From the human T2T-CHM13v2.0 reference genome, Homo sapiens: a stretch of DNA of 64,000 bases. The stretch is taken from NCBI RefSeq assembly GCF_009914755.1, contig NC_060930.1; one strand, given 5' to 3'. The notes below the pieces were generated by a model, which saw nothing but the letters and a program-made list of their open reading frames with translations, ran no database searches and was not told where the DNA came from. Positions 38,690-52,500 of this stretch are shown piece after piece. Position 1 is the first letter of the stretch. Each line of letters opens with the position of its first letter. A program made the translations under genes and the position numbers.

Positions 38690-40705
38690 ACTTTTTACAG
38701 TGGAAGTGATGCTCCTGACAGCTGCTTCTCAAATGGACGAATTGTTGCTTTGCTCCAAAATTCTATGTATATGCCCTGTATGTCCCGGAGGCTTCATATA
38801 GTATCCCCAGGGATGAGAAAAAAAATGTTTGCCAGGTGAATAGTTGCTATCCTATTAAGCAGGAGCTATGTTAATTTTCACCAGTCTAGATATCACTTTT
38901 AGCATAACAGCTAAAATCAGATAAAATTGTTGATAATTCACAACCATTCTCCAAGGACCATCTAACCTTCTTCCCTGGGGCTGATTTGCAGTGTCCTCAA
39001 AAACTTCCCAGGTCTAGAAACTGAATGAGAGGCTATAAGAGGTCGTGAATACCCCCCGCCCTTTGGCAACTCAAGCCAGATTTCTGTTTAAAAGACATAC
39101 ACTTTTTCCAATTATATAGATCAAGTAATACCTCATCAACTGCCCGTCCACTTTATTACAGGGAACATTGTCATTAGCCACCGCCACAGATTCCTGCAGG
39201 TCAAAACACTGATTGCCACCCCATCTCTGTGGCCGATTATGGTAATTGCAACCACCTTTTCTCTGAAGGTTAAGCACTACCACATGGCCTTTCCTACCCC
39301 AGGATTCCATTATTCTCATTGAAATGAGAGATTCCAAGAAATGAGAGATCCTAATACAATGGCCGCATCCCCCACCTTTATTTTCAGTTTGCCAAAAAGC
39401 CACTTCAAAACTTTCTGAAGATGCTATTCTCTTCATAGTGAATTTTCTTACTTGCCTTGATGGAAAAGAGTACTAATTTTTTAATGCCTTCACAGAAAAA
39501 GGTACAGTGTTCTCTGGCATCTCTTGATGGACAGAGAAGGAAGGTGTGTATATTGCATATAATAAATCTGCCTCAAGACCTTAATTCTCTAAAGTCTTGT
39601 GTTTTTTTTTTTCTTCAAATTAGAGCAAGAAAGTTCTGGCAGATTAATATCATGAAATGTTGTTTTTCATTGAATCCAGGCTTCAGAAGCCAACAAAGGA
39701 AACTACTAGAGGTGCTTAAAGTTGCCTTGGCTGGCACACTAATTCAAAATACTGGGAAGTGCATCTATTATCTATTGATGAATTGCCTCAATTCACCCTT
39801 ATATTTTGTCTTCCTCAATATAACACTCTTAGAAACCATCCCTACACAGGTTATAAGGTGCCTGATGATCCAGTTTTAAAAGATCTTTTAAGTCTTATGA
39901 TATATACTCTCTTTTTGAAATAGGGTTATCAATTCTATACCTGAGGGCTGCTGAGATATAGCTCTAGTTACGGGTACAGAGGCAATGAGAGATAGTGGGG
40001 GGTGGCTTTTCAGAAGAACTGGCATCCCTTTGTAGGTCAAAAGTGCAGATTAGGTCATTGAAAGGTCATTTAAAGGTCTTTCTGCACAGAAAGTTTATTT
40101 TTCTAACACTGGGAAAGAAAGGCTCCTTTTTGCAAAATAATCTTCAAGTGATTTAGAAAATCAAAGTTTACACGTTCAAATGGGTCTATCCTATCCAAAT
40201 ATCCTCATCCCCAGTCTCACAGTGTAACTTTTCAACCAATGCCCTAACTTTATCATAAGTGCTTTGGTAATTATGTGCATTTATAAAATGCAGCAATTCT
40301 GCTACCTACGCAATTATACACTGGGGCCCAGTCTTCAGGCATGTCTGCCCTGTAGTTACTAGATATAAGGGATTCTTTTAAGGTTCATTATAGGAGCTGT
40401 CTAGTTTTCCACTAGTGCTTTGTGTTTGAAATTTAAGTTGCTGTGCATTTTTCTTTTTTTTTGGTTAGCTCCCTGCATAGTCATAAGTAGCTAGCCAGCC
40501 CATACTTTTTATAATTACCATTATTGGATCCTCCATCCTATGCCAACACTGGCAATAATCTGAGTAATGATGATACCACAGCAAGCCATTACCTATCTCC
40601 TATCTTCCTTCAGGAAGATAATGCCTTCATCCAACACTTAACAAACCAGCTTCTGAATACCCTATTGAGGAGCTACTTTATGTGGCTATTCCTGGTAGTA
40701 AATAC
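38690..40705 (-). mobile_element. ERV-L (HERV16-like) internal relic including degenerate gag
   Basis: ORF 39071-39436 'GRKGHVVVLNLQRKGGCNYHNRPQRWGGNQ...VPCNKVDGQ' resembles the ERV-L Gag C-terminus; 'ttcctggtagtaaatac' abuts the LTR. Confidence 0.75.
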
Positions 40706-41220
40706 TGTATTATTCAGAATCCCTACAGGAAATGATTCTCCCCAGATGGTTCAAATGCAGAGACTTTAATGAAGGACTACTTATGGATGTGTGTGGTGGG
40801 GGTGAAGGGATAGTGAGCCATCCATGGACTAACATCAGTAAGAAAACATATTACTCCCAGGACAAAAAGGTCGGGGAGGAAATGAAGTTACTCAAGCACA
40901 GAGGGAGCTAGGATTATTAAAAATATGGGTCACTTGGTTGAAGCATTGGTCTTGGAGGGATGCAGCTAGTGCTAAATATACCTGCCAACACATGGAAACA
41001 TCAGGGAAGAAATACTCTTACCTCTCTTTTTTGTATTCTCCAGTCTCCTGCCAGTGCTTCCAATCGCTGAACTGAACTGGGAACAAATCAACAAGGGAAA
41101 CCAAGAGATGCATTCCTTGAAGTTCAGCCTCCAGGCCTCAAGTAAGGCAGAGGAAGAGAATACATAGATCTGTGGAGAAGAGTGGTGATGGTGGGAGCTG
41201 CCAATAAAGAACTATCAAAA
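40706..41220 (-). mobile_element. ERV-L LTR (LTR33-like), 5' LTR of the adjacent internal relic
   Basis: 'tgtattattcagaatccctacaggaaa...gagactttaatgaaggactactt...ctcctgccagtgcttccaatcgctgaac'. Confidence 0.65.
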
Positions 41221-41229
41221 AAGGTAACT

Positions 41230-41415
41230 ATCTCACATGTCATCTCATTTTATCGTTGTACAAATGCTGTCACCATTTCCCTGCATTTTATAAATAAGAA
41301 AAGTGAGGGTCAAAGTGGCCAAGTAAGTAGCTCACATAGCTAGTAAATAGCCATGCCAAGGATGAAACCAGATCTGTCTAGTGCATATTACAGTCCTTCC
41401 TCTGCCACACCATAT
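41230..41415 (-). mobile_element. MIR SINE relic
   Basis: 'cattttataaataagaaaagtgagggtcaaagtgg...cacatagctagtaaatagcc...gatgaaaccagatctgtct'. Confidence 0.75.
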
Positions 41416-42049
41416 CATGACTTAAACATTTAGATCTGAGCATGAAAATGAAAAGAGATCGAAAGTGATAGAGTTGGGAAGGGGAGTGGGCACACACAAA
41501 ACATGCGTTTTTGACATTCTTGAAACAATTTTAAATACATGTTCTTAATAGAATTTATAATAATATGAGAAGATTTATTTACAAGTTTTTTACTTACTTG
41601 AATGTAGGGCTCATGAGGACAATGATTTTGTTTTTCTTCTTTATTGCTATATTCCTGGTGACAAGATCATTGCACAAAATTTAGTAAATTTTCAAAGAAT
41701 ATTTGTTGAATTAAAAACTAAACAAATGAATAAATTAGTGGGTCAGGATATATGCATGTTCCTTTGGAAAACTAGTAACATAGAACTGTAGCCTGAAATA
41801 ATAAATTTTTAAATAATTATTCATACCATCAAGCATTTCCTGAATATTTCCAGGAAAAAAATATCAAGTTATATAGGTATCTATTTTCTTGTTTAAATAC
41901 AACAATTGTAGTTACACCTATGCTAAAGGCAATCAGTTCTGTCTTTACACCAAGTTTTGACCTCTATAATAACAAAATAATATATTGACCACAGTAACCT
42001 TTTAAACACTTATTAAGAAACAGTTATATAAAAATTATTTCTCTTATTT

Positions 42050-42480
42050 AAGATAAAAGTCACTTGTCCTTTCATCTTTTCCTTACACAAACATTTCCAG
42101 ATTAATTACCCTTTTGTATACCCTCTTCTGTGCATAGTTCAATTTTTCATTAATTTTCTGAAAATGTTAATACTTGGTAACATAAACTTAATATAGTTCT
42201 TCATATGTTTACTGACTTATCAAGAGCAAAGTGGAGTGATTGCCTTCCTTTTCTTGGGAAATATATCTCTGTTAATTAACCTATTTGGGAACTACATCTC
42301 TATTAATTAACCTATCAGTAAAAACAATTTTCCATTGTGGCCATATTCTGTTGTTAATTCAAATCGAGTATGCAGCGAACTAAAAGCATCAAGTAATTTT
42401 CACAAAAACTACTCTTAAACAAAATTCATTGTGTATAGGTCCACCTGATAGTCTTAAGACCAAATTTTGAGTTTAGCCAC
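42050..42480 (-). mobile_element. L3/CR1 LINE relic
   Basis: 'cttctgtgcatagttcaattttt...agagcaaagtggagtgattgccttccttttcttggg...tctctgttaat'. Confidence 0.45.
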
Positions 42481-43329
42481 TGGACAATATGCAGAAGTGC
42501 ACCCATATGTGTTTTGCCCACCACTTTATCTGTAACATGTAGCACAGTAGCTCATATACAATAATAAAAGGAATAATAATGGTAAACATTTATGAGTGTT
42601 TACTTATTTTCCAGGCACATAATACATATCAGATTACTGTTTCAGTCACTAGAGTTGGCTCCTGACTAGTTAGTGAGACTTTATCATTACCAGTTTTGGT
42701 GACATATCTTAAATTCCAGGTTTAAGATGATAGTAGGAATTCATTGTGATGAATTCATTCATTTCCTTGTAATGTTTTTAAGGCTCACTTGGCACTGAAT
42801 AGAGACCTCAGATTCTAGTCTATTTGATCTGAATAGACTCACAATGAGTATTACCAGAGCTGTTTCATCCCATTTACCTAGCACTCACATTTTGTTACAT
42901 TTTCCTTTTCTAATTTCTTATTTTTTTAGTTAACTTTTTGTATAACTTTCCTTATTCCGTGCTTTAACCTAAACCATGGAATCAGAGGTAGAGAGAATGA
43001 AGGAAAATCACTGCAATAACCAAGGATGTACTGGGGTTTGGGAAGTATAATTATGTTTGATAAACACAAGAGACAGACAAATGTTTCTGAGAATGCTTGC
43101 CTATCTGTATAAATGGCTATGAAATCCTGTGTGTTCATTTGTAATTGGCATTACTACATGAGGTTGATAAAATGTGTACAAATCATTTTCTAAAATACAA
43201 CATTGTCTTAAATGCAACATTTATTTTTAATGGAACCTATCGTATAATATAACACCAGTGGCAAGTCACATCACATTTAATGTGCAGCCTGAGGTGGAGT
43301 CCAGAAACAATGGAATATTTTATCTCCCA

Positions 43330-43772
43330 TTGGTCACTATAGATTCAGTAATTTTTCTCAATTCTCCTTCCTGCCATGTGTCTGGCAGTGCATGACTATG
43401 AGTGGAGATTTCTCTATTCCACTGATGTTCAGTTTGGCCACATGAAGTTTTTGGCCAATGAATATAGAATTCTGAGTCAAGATCTTAAGAGACATCCTAG
43501 GTGTTTGCTTGCCTCCTTGGGCTTCTGTGAGCCACTGTGAAGAGAACATGACTTGGATAGCTCCTGGTTCTAGGGGTATGTGGAGACATACAAAGCCCAC
43601 TCGTAGTTAACCTGAAGCCTGGGATGCAGCACAGTCAACTCAGCCTACAGCAGAACCATCCCTAACAAACCACAGACCTGTAGGAGAGGAAATAAACACT
43701 TGTGGTTCCAGTGCACTGAACTTTTGAGTAGTTTGTTATGTAGTATCATAGTAGCTAGAGCTGATTAATACA
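43330..43772 (+). mobile_element. MLT1I/J-like MaLR LTR
   Basis: 'tttggccacatgaagtttttggccaatgaat', AATAAA at ~43690, and the canonical end 'gtttgttatgtagtatcatagtagctagagctgattaataca'. Confidence 0.8.
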
Positions 43773-46280
43773 GTTACATTGAATTGGGGGAAATTTTCAA
43801 AAGAAAGGATAAGAGCAAACAAAGTTAAAGATGATGTCAGGAAAGGAGCACAAGAGAGAACTTCTCTTTTTAAAAGCTAAGAGAGGAATGAAAGTTATTA
43901 AAAAGAAACAAAGTTCCATTTGCCTTCAATTCCTGGCCTGCTCTCAAACACTGGATTAAATTAATTGTTATCCCCATATTAAAATTTCAGTTTTTAGGGT
44001 GCCCACTAGTGTGAGTAGTGAATAAAAATATCTAGTAGCAAAGGAATAGTCTAATTTTCTTAAATAGGAATACACTGGGAGATGAAGGGTAGGCACAGAC
44101 GGGCTGTGTAATTTCAGCCTGCCTGAGTCACAATTTCCAGTGAAATTCTGTGTGCCTCTCAATTAGGTTTAAATGTTAGAGGTCCATTTATAGAGTACAG
44201 TATATCTGCTTTTGATATCCCAATCATATGTCATGGAAAAAGTAATAGGGACTTGGGGAAGAAAAGAAAAGAAAAGAAAAAGACAACATTCTTAAGAAAA
44301 AAAGTTCTGAAACATGACGTGAGTTGAAGCTTCCTTTGAGTATCTCTTTGCTCCCATCATATTAGGAGAAACTGCATGGAAAAACTGATCCATTATTTTT
44401 AAAACTGGAAAATTAGAAAATTACTCTTCAATGCTTTTATGAATATATAACTAATGAGAAATAAATTCAGTTACATTCTTTAACTGCTACCCCCTCCCCC
44501 AACATGAGTGATGTCTCTAATTCAGCATGACCTACTGTCAGCTCAGGAAATTTCCATCCTGAGATTTTCCTAGCAGAGTCAAAATCAGTCACCGTCAGAA
44601 ACAGATAAAAAATGTTTTAAATGAGAGTGCTTGAAACTGCATTTAAATTCTATCTTGAAAAGTTGCAAAGTGCTTGGTTAATAATTTTCCATAGTATCAT
44701 TTTTAAACTATTTTGGCATGCTCCATAAACAATACGTACATTTACTGTTCACATAGTTAAGAAAAAGACCTTATATTTCTTGGAACAGAGTATCTTTGAG
44801 AAAACAGAAATTCATCCCAGTCCACTGACATTATCCAGCTCATTACAGGTGACAGACAGGTTTGGGTAGACCTTGGCCTGGCAGTAGATTGGAATGAAAG
44901 GGGAATTTGGAACAGGTTGGTCTCTCAGGTATGGGTTCCAGGTGGAAGAAACATTGTTTGGATTTTGGGAAACCTCCCTCCCTTTTTCCCAGCTGTTTAA
45001 CAACACATTCTGCAAAGATGTTATTTCTGTACTATTCTAGGCCTACTGTTAAGAGAGTCCCAAGATCCATCCATTTTCCCTTTATTTTTTTCCCCTAAAT
45101 TTTGTAAGGCTGTTTCAGAAAGCCCAGTGAAGAGGCAGAAACAACACATTTAGGAGACAGAGTCATAAAGGAGATATGGATTCATAATCTAGTCAGTTAT
45201 TAATTACATAGTGAGTAGACTAAGAAACAAGTAGAAAACTTGTTTCTACTTGTTAAACAAAGTTGAAAACTTGTTTCAGCTTTCTATCACTGGGATAAAG
45301 GAAACAAGATGGAAGAAGAAGGAGTTCATAGACAACCCAAATCACAATTAAAGCAAAGATAGTCAAATGGATTTGATCAAAACATTTATTTAGGCAATAT
45401 TCAACATTTGGGAACAAAAGTACGATTCTGTAGGCATCATTCAAAAGTGTAAAAATAATATAATTTTAGTTCACAAAGACCTTAAATTTCAAATAAACTT
45501 TCATAAATCATGAACAAAAAATTTTCTGTTAGTCTGACCTGTTTACATTTAATAAATTTATCTTTTGTCAATTATTGGAGTAGGAGCTGTGCAAGGCAAA
45601 ATTAAAGCCCATGCTCCCTTCCTTTCCTCACTTAATTCCTCCAGTTTCACAGCCAACATAGTGGCTTTGTCTGGGTTTAGGGCTGACCCTATAATTCACT
45701 CTCAGAAGATAGACCTAAGCCAGGGTTAAGTTGGAGCTGGGACTGAATCACCTTCTCACCACCTACAGCACCAAGTGCAGGATCCAATATGTAGCAAAGG
45801 CTTCATCAATATTTGTTGTATGAAAACGTGAATAAGAGACTGTTAGCCAGGAGAGGAGTGTTGATGTTTAAGGGGCTCAGTTCTCAACACCTCTCTATTC
45901 TGTTTGACTTATGAACTAACTGAGAAGTAGGACAAAAGAGTAAGTCAGATGGAAAACAAAATAATTCCCAATGAAGCTAATAAAATAGAATATGGTTTAA
46001 ATGTGCGGGCAAGTGAACTTCCAAATACTCATCCTCAGAACTAGATAAACTTACCTACCCAGGTACAAAAAGTACTGGACTACCAGATGCCTTCTCCCAA
46101 AAAGAAATGGGGATAGAAAGAAACTAGTTTATATGTATCTAGTTTTTTTCAGATTTACCCATCAGATTGAATGTTGTGTCTTTTTGAAGAGAAGCAAATG
46201 AAGGGGTAGAGAGAGGCTAAGAGCATCACACTGGTGGGATTCCTCCACATGGAAGGCAACATTAAAAATGCTAAAGAGCC

Positions 46281-46630
<350 letters not shown>

Positions 46631-47091
46631 TTACAGAGTCAATAGGTGAGAGCAGGGGCACTTTGTTATACAAAGTAGTGTCCTCTGGTTACTTTTAGTT
46701 TCAGGCATTAAATCTCTATATCTTTTTTTGGTCGACTTTTGGGTAATTAGGAAAAATCTTGAAAGTTCCCAAATGTGTTGTCTCACTGTTTGTCTCCACA
46801 ATTAGCATTAATCAGCCCCCAGATAATGAAATTGACTCCAACTTCCAAAATTGTCCCTTAAACATGGAGACAAATTCTGTGCCCACCATTATGGAGGTGT
46901 TACCAAATGAGGCCACTAATAGAATTACACATGAATCATGTGAAAAATTCAATGCTAACTAAGTATTTTAAAACTGTTTGGGGATTTGTGAAATATGATA
47001 GACTATAGAAAGCTTTTTTGTTAATTCTGTACATAATAGTATTTTAATACCACAAAACATGCCCAGGAAAATCTTCAAAACAGTCAAATAG

Positions 47092-47397
47092 GGCCAAGTG
47101 CAGTAGCTCACGCCTGTAATCCCAGCACCTTGGGAGTCCAAAACAGGAGGATTGGTTGAGCCCAGGAGTTCAAGACCAAGACTGGGTGACCTAGTGAGAA
47201 CTTCTCTGTCCAAAAAGTAATAATGATAATAAAATAGTTGGGTTTGGCGGTGTGTGCCTGTAGTCCCAGCTACTCATGAGTCGAGGTGAAAGGATCCTTG
47301 AGCCCAGGAATTCAAGGCTACAGTGAGAGGAGATAGCACCACTGCACTCTAACCTGGGTGACAGAGTGAGCATCTGTCTCAAAAACAAAAACAAAAA
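47092..47397 (+). mobile_element. AluJ SINE
   Basis: 'ggaggattggttgagcccaggagttcaagacc' and 'aggatccttgagcccaggaattcaaggctacagtgag'; (AAAAAC)n tail. Confidence 0.93.
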
Positions 47398-50300
47398 TGT
47401 AAATATGAATTTGTAGTTTAGTCCCAAGAAAAACAGAACCCCACAAAGATCCAACTTTAACTGATTTTAGGGTAAACAGTCTTAGAAACTACCAAGCAGC
47501 ACATGGTTCCCATCAGAATATAACTGAGTCTGTTCAGCCAAAAATTCACCTTTGAACTGTCAAATGGTTTAAAAGCCACTGAGAACATGGTCAATATTAT
47601 TAAATTATACTCAAGAAAAGTTTTATCCTATTTCCTTTTTTATAAACAAATTTTTTCTGTTTCCATTTATTTTAAAGCAGCTAAAGCATATTTCAAATAC
47701 TGACGAACGATTGAAAGTTGTCAAACAAATGAAATTATATAAATATATTGAAAGGATTACAAAGTTGTACCTGTCTGGGAAACTTAGAAACCGAATAGGA
47801 AAGATTTAAAAGAGGAAAACAAAACAAAAAAGCAAATAACCCAGGCCTAAATATTATATTTAGAGAATTAAGTTTGCCATAGAATTGTTTTCTTCTTGAA
47901 TTAAAGCCAAGTCAGTGGAAACTTTTAATAAAAATCACATATTTGATACAAATTTATGAGTAATTCTGTCTCTATTTTTAGCTATATTTCTTATGGAAAA
48001 AATATAAAAAATCATGTAGCTACTTTTTGAGTTCATCTACTATGAAATAGTTCTGATTTCATTTGGGTTAATTACAAACAGATATTTCTTAATAGTTTAG
48101 ACCACCTCTTCCTTAAACTCTTTTTCTATGATATTTTCATAAAGAGGGCATAATAACCTCTTAAGATTTTATATGTCCTTATAAACTTGTAGTATTATAT
48201 TATCAAACAGCATATAATTTTGTGCAATCTTCCTTTACAAAATAATTTTAAAGAAAGGTTTTATGGAGAATCACATAAATATAAAAATACGAGAATGTTA
48301 CAGAAATAAAGCTTCTACATTGCTATGCTTCCTTATCTTTTCGATTTCTTTCACCTCTTGTTTTTCCAACAAACTGCTTATGACTATTTGTCCAACTTCC
48401 CAGTGTGCATTGCCTCAGAAAGCTTCTACTCCAATCCAATGCTTTCCACACCCTACATTTTGGACCTAGGTGTTCTCCTCTCGCTTGTGGTTCAATCCTA
48501 ATTTTGTACTTCCTAGAACTTTTTTTTTTTTTTTGAAGAAGCTATGTAAGTAACTAAAATACAACAGTTTTAAACAAAACTCATTTCTTCTCCCTCAGAC
48601 TGCCTTTCCATTCTAATGTTGAGCAGCAGCTGGGGCACTGTGTCTATCTGCCTCTCAAGCCAGGAACTTTGCAGTTATACTTTTTCCTCCATCTTTCCTC
48701 CCTTACATCTGTTCTTCTCACAACACCTAGTTTGTCATCAAACTACCAAGGTTTTTTGTAGTAAAGTTTTTTCCCCTATGACATAGTACTCTGTTACACC
48801 ATATCTTCTACAGTGGGATGCACAAAAAGACAGTTTATAGTACAAATATTAATTCCAATAGAATAGAGATAATTCTGCGTTACTGTAGTAATTGAGTTAC
48901 AGAAAGTTTGGTCTCATTACTCTTTAGGTTGATAAAGTTTGAAGGTAGACATAACTACCTGGTGCCAAAATAACAATCCCAAGTATGGATTATTAGCAGC
49001 CTAATAAAAATAGAACACTATTTCTTTTAGATTTAAGGGTATAAAATTATCAATTAATATACATAAAATATTTGAACCCCTTCTACAGCAAACACTTTTG
49101 TATTCCTTAAAGGAACTCTCAAGGTGCTGTCACTTGTTCTGGCTTCTGGGACTGCTTATGTACTTTGGGGGCAGCACAGTTTCTGATACTCTGAGTAACA
49201 AGTTATTGGCACCTAAGATTCTTTAACCCTGGTGGTACTGTGACACAAATATGGTGATATTGGCTGTTCACACTCCTTCCTATAACTTCTCATTCCTTTT
49301 CCTGCTTGCTAGTTGATTTAAGAGCCAGCCATCTTATGAGACAGCTTTAAATTCAGCCTTGACTAGAAGCAGAGGGATGGATAAAATATAGATTTCAAGA
49401 CCCTTTCATTCCTAGAAATTTTGCGTATTTATTTCTTAAAAAATTATTTGATAAGTAAGTGCAGTGATTCTGTGTTGATGAGTGCAAGAAAAATGTCATC
49501 GTATTAACTTTAGTCATTATGCAAAGAGAAGATAGCTGTATATTATTTATATATATATCAATTTAGTTTATATATTTGTAGTTTTTCCTTTGAATACCAT
49601 TTCTTTGTTAAATAATATGAAAACTTCACAAAAATTACAGCAGGTTAATAAACAGAATTGTAATTTAGTTCATTGAAAGATACACAGATGAGTTTAACTA
49701 ATCAAAATTCATAGCTATCTTACTAACTGAACTCATTAATCAGCTAACAGTGTAGTAATCAGTATTAATTAGCCATCAGCCACTTTTTTATGGTCATTTT
49801 ACTAATTAAAATGTTAGCTTTGATTTGAAACATAGGAAATATAAATTGAAAACTACTTATTCTAACTACAGATTACAGTGAATTACAGTCACCAATACGT
49901 TATTGGTTTGTTTGTTAAAATTTCTGTGAGATGACATATCCAAGTCTTGTGGGTTATGTGGATAGTTCTACCTTAAAGGTGAATGGATATTTTGCAAGAC
50001 TTAAAGTAAAATTTCATATCAAGTAAGTGCTAGATCAAATGGAAGAATTAACCATATATTTATATGTTCCTGTCATACCATTTAAGAAAAATAAAAGGAA
50101 CGTTTTTATTCAAACCTGTAAATTACTCCTGTCATCTCATTGAGCATCTTAAAAGTTTTGAAACAAAACTTCATTTCATTGCAAAGAAGGACTAAGACAT
50201 TAAGATATATTTGTCTTAAGTAATAAACTTTTCTATCTCCAACACAATAATGAACAAAGCCATTGGTGAAAGGGTGCAATTGAGGGATTGTTGTCCCTCT

Positions 50301-50589
50301 ATTACTCTGATCAGTGTAATCAATATGTTTATAAACAGTACAGGAAACTGGAAAGAGAATAGAAGGAAAAAACAAGAAAATTTGTTTGTACTGTTCGTTC
50401 AGGCCCCTATAGCTGTGGGATCCAGGGATTACTCTAAGTAGAACTTCCAAAGGCCCTTTTTTCTTATTTATCTGAAAGACTGTTGTGATACAAAAAACAC
50501 TCACGAAGGGACCCCCTAGAGATTGTTTCATTAATCTTTAATTCTTAAGGCAAACCTACACACAAATGCTCATATGAGACAAAGGAATT

Positions 50590-50990
50590 ATTTTTATGGA
50601 GAATTCCACAGCCTCCACGAACACCCCATTCCAGTGTTTAACAACGGTCATGGAGTTCTGCCTTATTCTATAAAGTCATTCTTTGTCTCGACTTTGTGCT
50701 CTGACAAGATTGAGAACATCTGGTCCTCATTCCTAATATAATGACATTTCCTGCTCCAGAGTTCCTCTTTAAATCACCCTCAACCTTCTCTTCTTTAGGC
50801 TAAATTCCAGGTCAGCTCACTCTTCTCCAGAGTCATATATGCCGAGCTTTTCAGTATGATTGCCATCCTAATTCGTAAAGAGCCACTCTCCTTTAGCCCA
50901 GAACCAGTCCCTTAGCTGAGAGGACCAGAACTTCCCACCTGATTCCTGCTGAGCATTATTACATGACTAACCTTCCACATCTCTGTATGC
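50590..50990 (-). mobile_element. L3/CR1 LINE relic
   Basis: 'ggagaattccacagcctcc...ccccattccagtgtttaacaac' and 'caaccttctcttctttaggctaaa'. Confidence 0.65.
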
Positions 50991-51099
50991 TCGTTACCTT
51001 CATTTAAGTTCTCAAACATGCTCAAGGAAAAGAAACTATTTTATTTCAGAAAGAGACATTTCTTTCCATCAACTTGCTTTCCTTCTCTGTCCCAAGGGA

Positions 51100-51400
51100 A
51101 GATTGCAGATCACACTGAGCTTTGGGAGTCAAGTGGCAGACAGCTGTGGCTTCAGCTTCCAGCAGTCACACAACTCCAGAGGGACTGGAAGGTCAAGGGA
51201 AGCATGTAGAACCGCAGGCTGTTCACGTGGCTTGGAGGAGGAGATGACCCACCCTTAATAAAACACCGTCTGCCGGACATGCCATTGGGACTGGCATGCT
51301 AATTGAAAACAGCAGGAGTGGCTCTGCAGCTCTTTGACTTTAGCACTCAGCTTAGCATAACTTTTCCTTCCACAGGAAAGGCAGTCCTCGGCCAGTAAAG
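51100..51400. promoter_or_regulatory. Candidate enhancer-like segment (GC-richer, several CpGs, motif cluster)
   Basis: CAGCTG 51141, AAGGTCA 51189, CACGTG 51224, p53-like half-sites at 51275 and 51292; no recognisable repeat. Confidence 0.25.
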
Positions 51401-51659
51401 TGGTGTTTCTTAAAAAAAGAAAAAAATCCAAACAAACCACTGCTCTAGTAGAAGATAAAGAAACACTTATCTTTATTTTCTTTTTTAGGAAGTTCCATAG
51501 TATTTAATTAATTAATTTATTTTATTTTATTTTTTCAACTGGACCAAAGCTTGACACTGCTGTCCACAAATATTTTATCAAATTAGGATGGAAAATACCT
51601 ATTAATCAAATTCATTTTTTTCAATATTATGAGTGCCCTGTTATTTTTACTACAATTTA

Positions 51660-52500
51660 TTTTTCTTTTTTCTACATCAAAGTAAAATGGGCAAATAGTT
51701 CAATAGGTTTGTATTATTTTTATGGAATAGCAATGAAGTGCCTACCTCTCCCAACCCCAGTTTTCTTTCCTGGAAGCAACTACTTTATTCTCTTTTAGCT
51801 ATTGCCTTTATTACTTACCTCTGTTCCTTTAAATAATATGCTTAGTGTTAGTTTTGGTTTTTTAATTTTAAGCAATACATATTGACTTTCTACTATGAAA
51901 AATTAACATTTAACATTTGTCACTCCACCTCTTTCTCATTCATTTTTTGTTTCCCTAGCCTCTCAATATAATTATATCATAATTTTGGTTAAATAGGTGA
52001 TAAGTATTCACATTATTAAAAATAGCATATATATGTATAATGCTATTTACCGATGAGCTATATAGGATAAAATGATTATTCTTCACCATTTATATAGCAT
52101 TTTATTTTCCTAGAATTATAAATTTTTCTCATTTTTTTCTGTTCATTTAGTTTTCTATATATTTATCATGAATGCATTTTTAAACTCTCACAAGTTATCT
52201 GTATCTCCTTTTTAAATGTTTAAACATCAAGTGTTTTATCAGTTCTTTCTTGTGGTTATATTTCTTCTGAAGCCTTTCTTGCACGCTAACTTCTTTGTCT
52301 TTAAATTGATATATCATACATGTACATAGTCCTCTAGAGTGTTTTTGATCTGCTGTAATCTGGACTAGTTTCTCTCAAAGCCATCATCATGGTCTTTCCC
52401 TTGGCCATTATACTGAGAATTCCATTTGCTTCCCTCTTGAGTGGATCTACTGTTTTCTAGATTCTCTCTCCTTTATGCGGATTTATTCTCTTATTTTGCA
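51660..52500 (-). mobile_element. Ancient L1M relic
   Basis: 'ccagttttctttcctggaagcaactactttattctcttttagctatt', followed by T-rich L1-like sequence. Confidence 0.45.

Noticed and set aside
39457-39879. 140-aa plus-strand ORF
   Set aside because: Lies antisense within the ERV-L relic region; no similarity recognised.
44812-45098. GC-richer segment with short ORFs on both strands as a possible exon
   Set aside because: No recognisable protein similarity and no consistent acceptor-donor pair.
50106-50531. 141-aa minus-strand ORF
   Set aside because: AT-rich composition, no domain, and within chance expectation for 64 kb.
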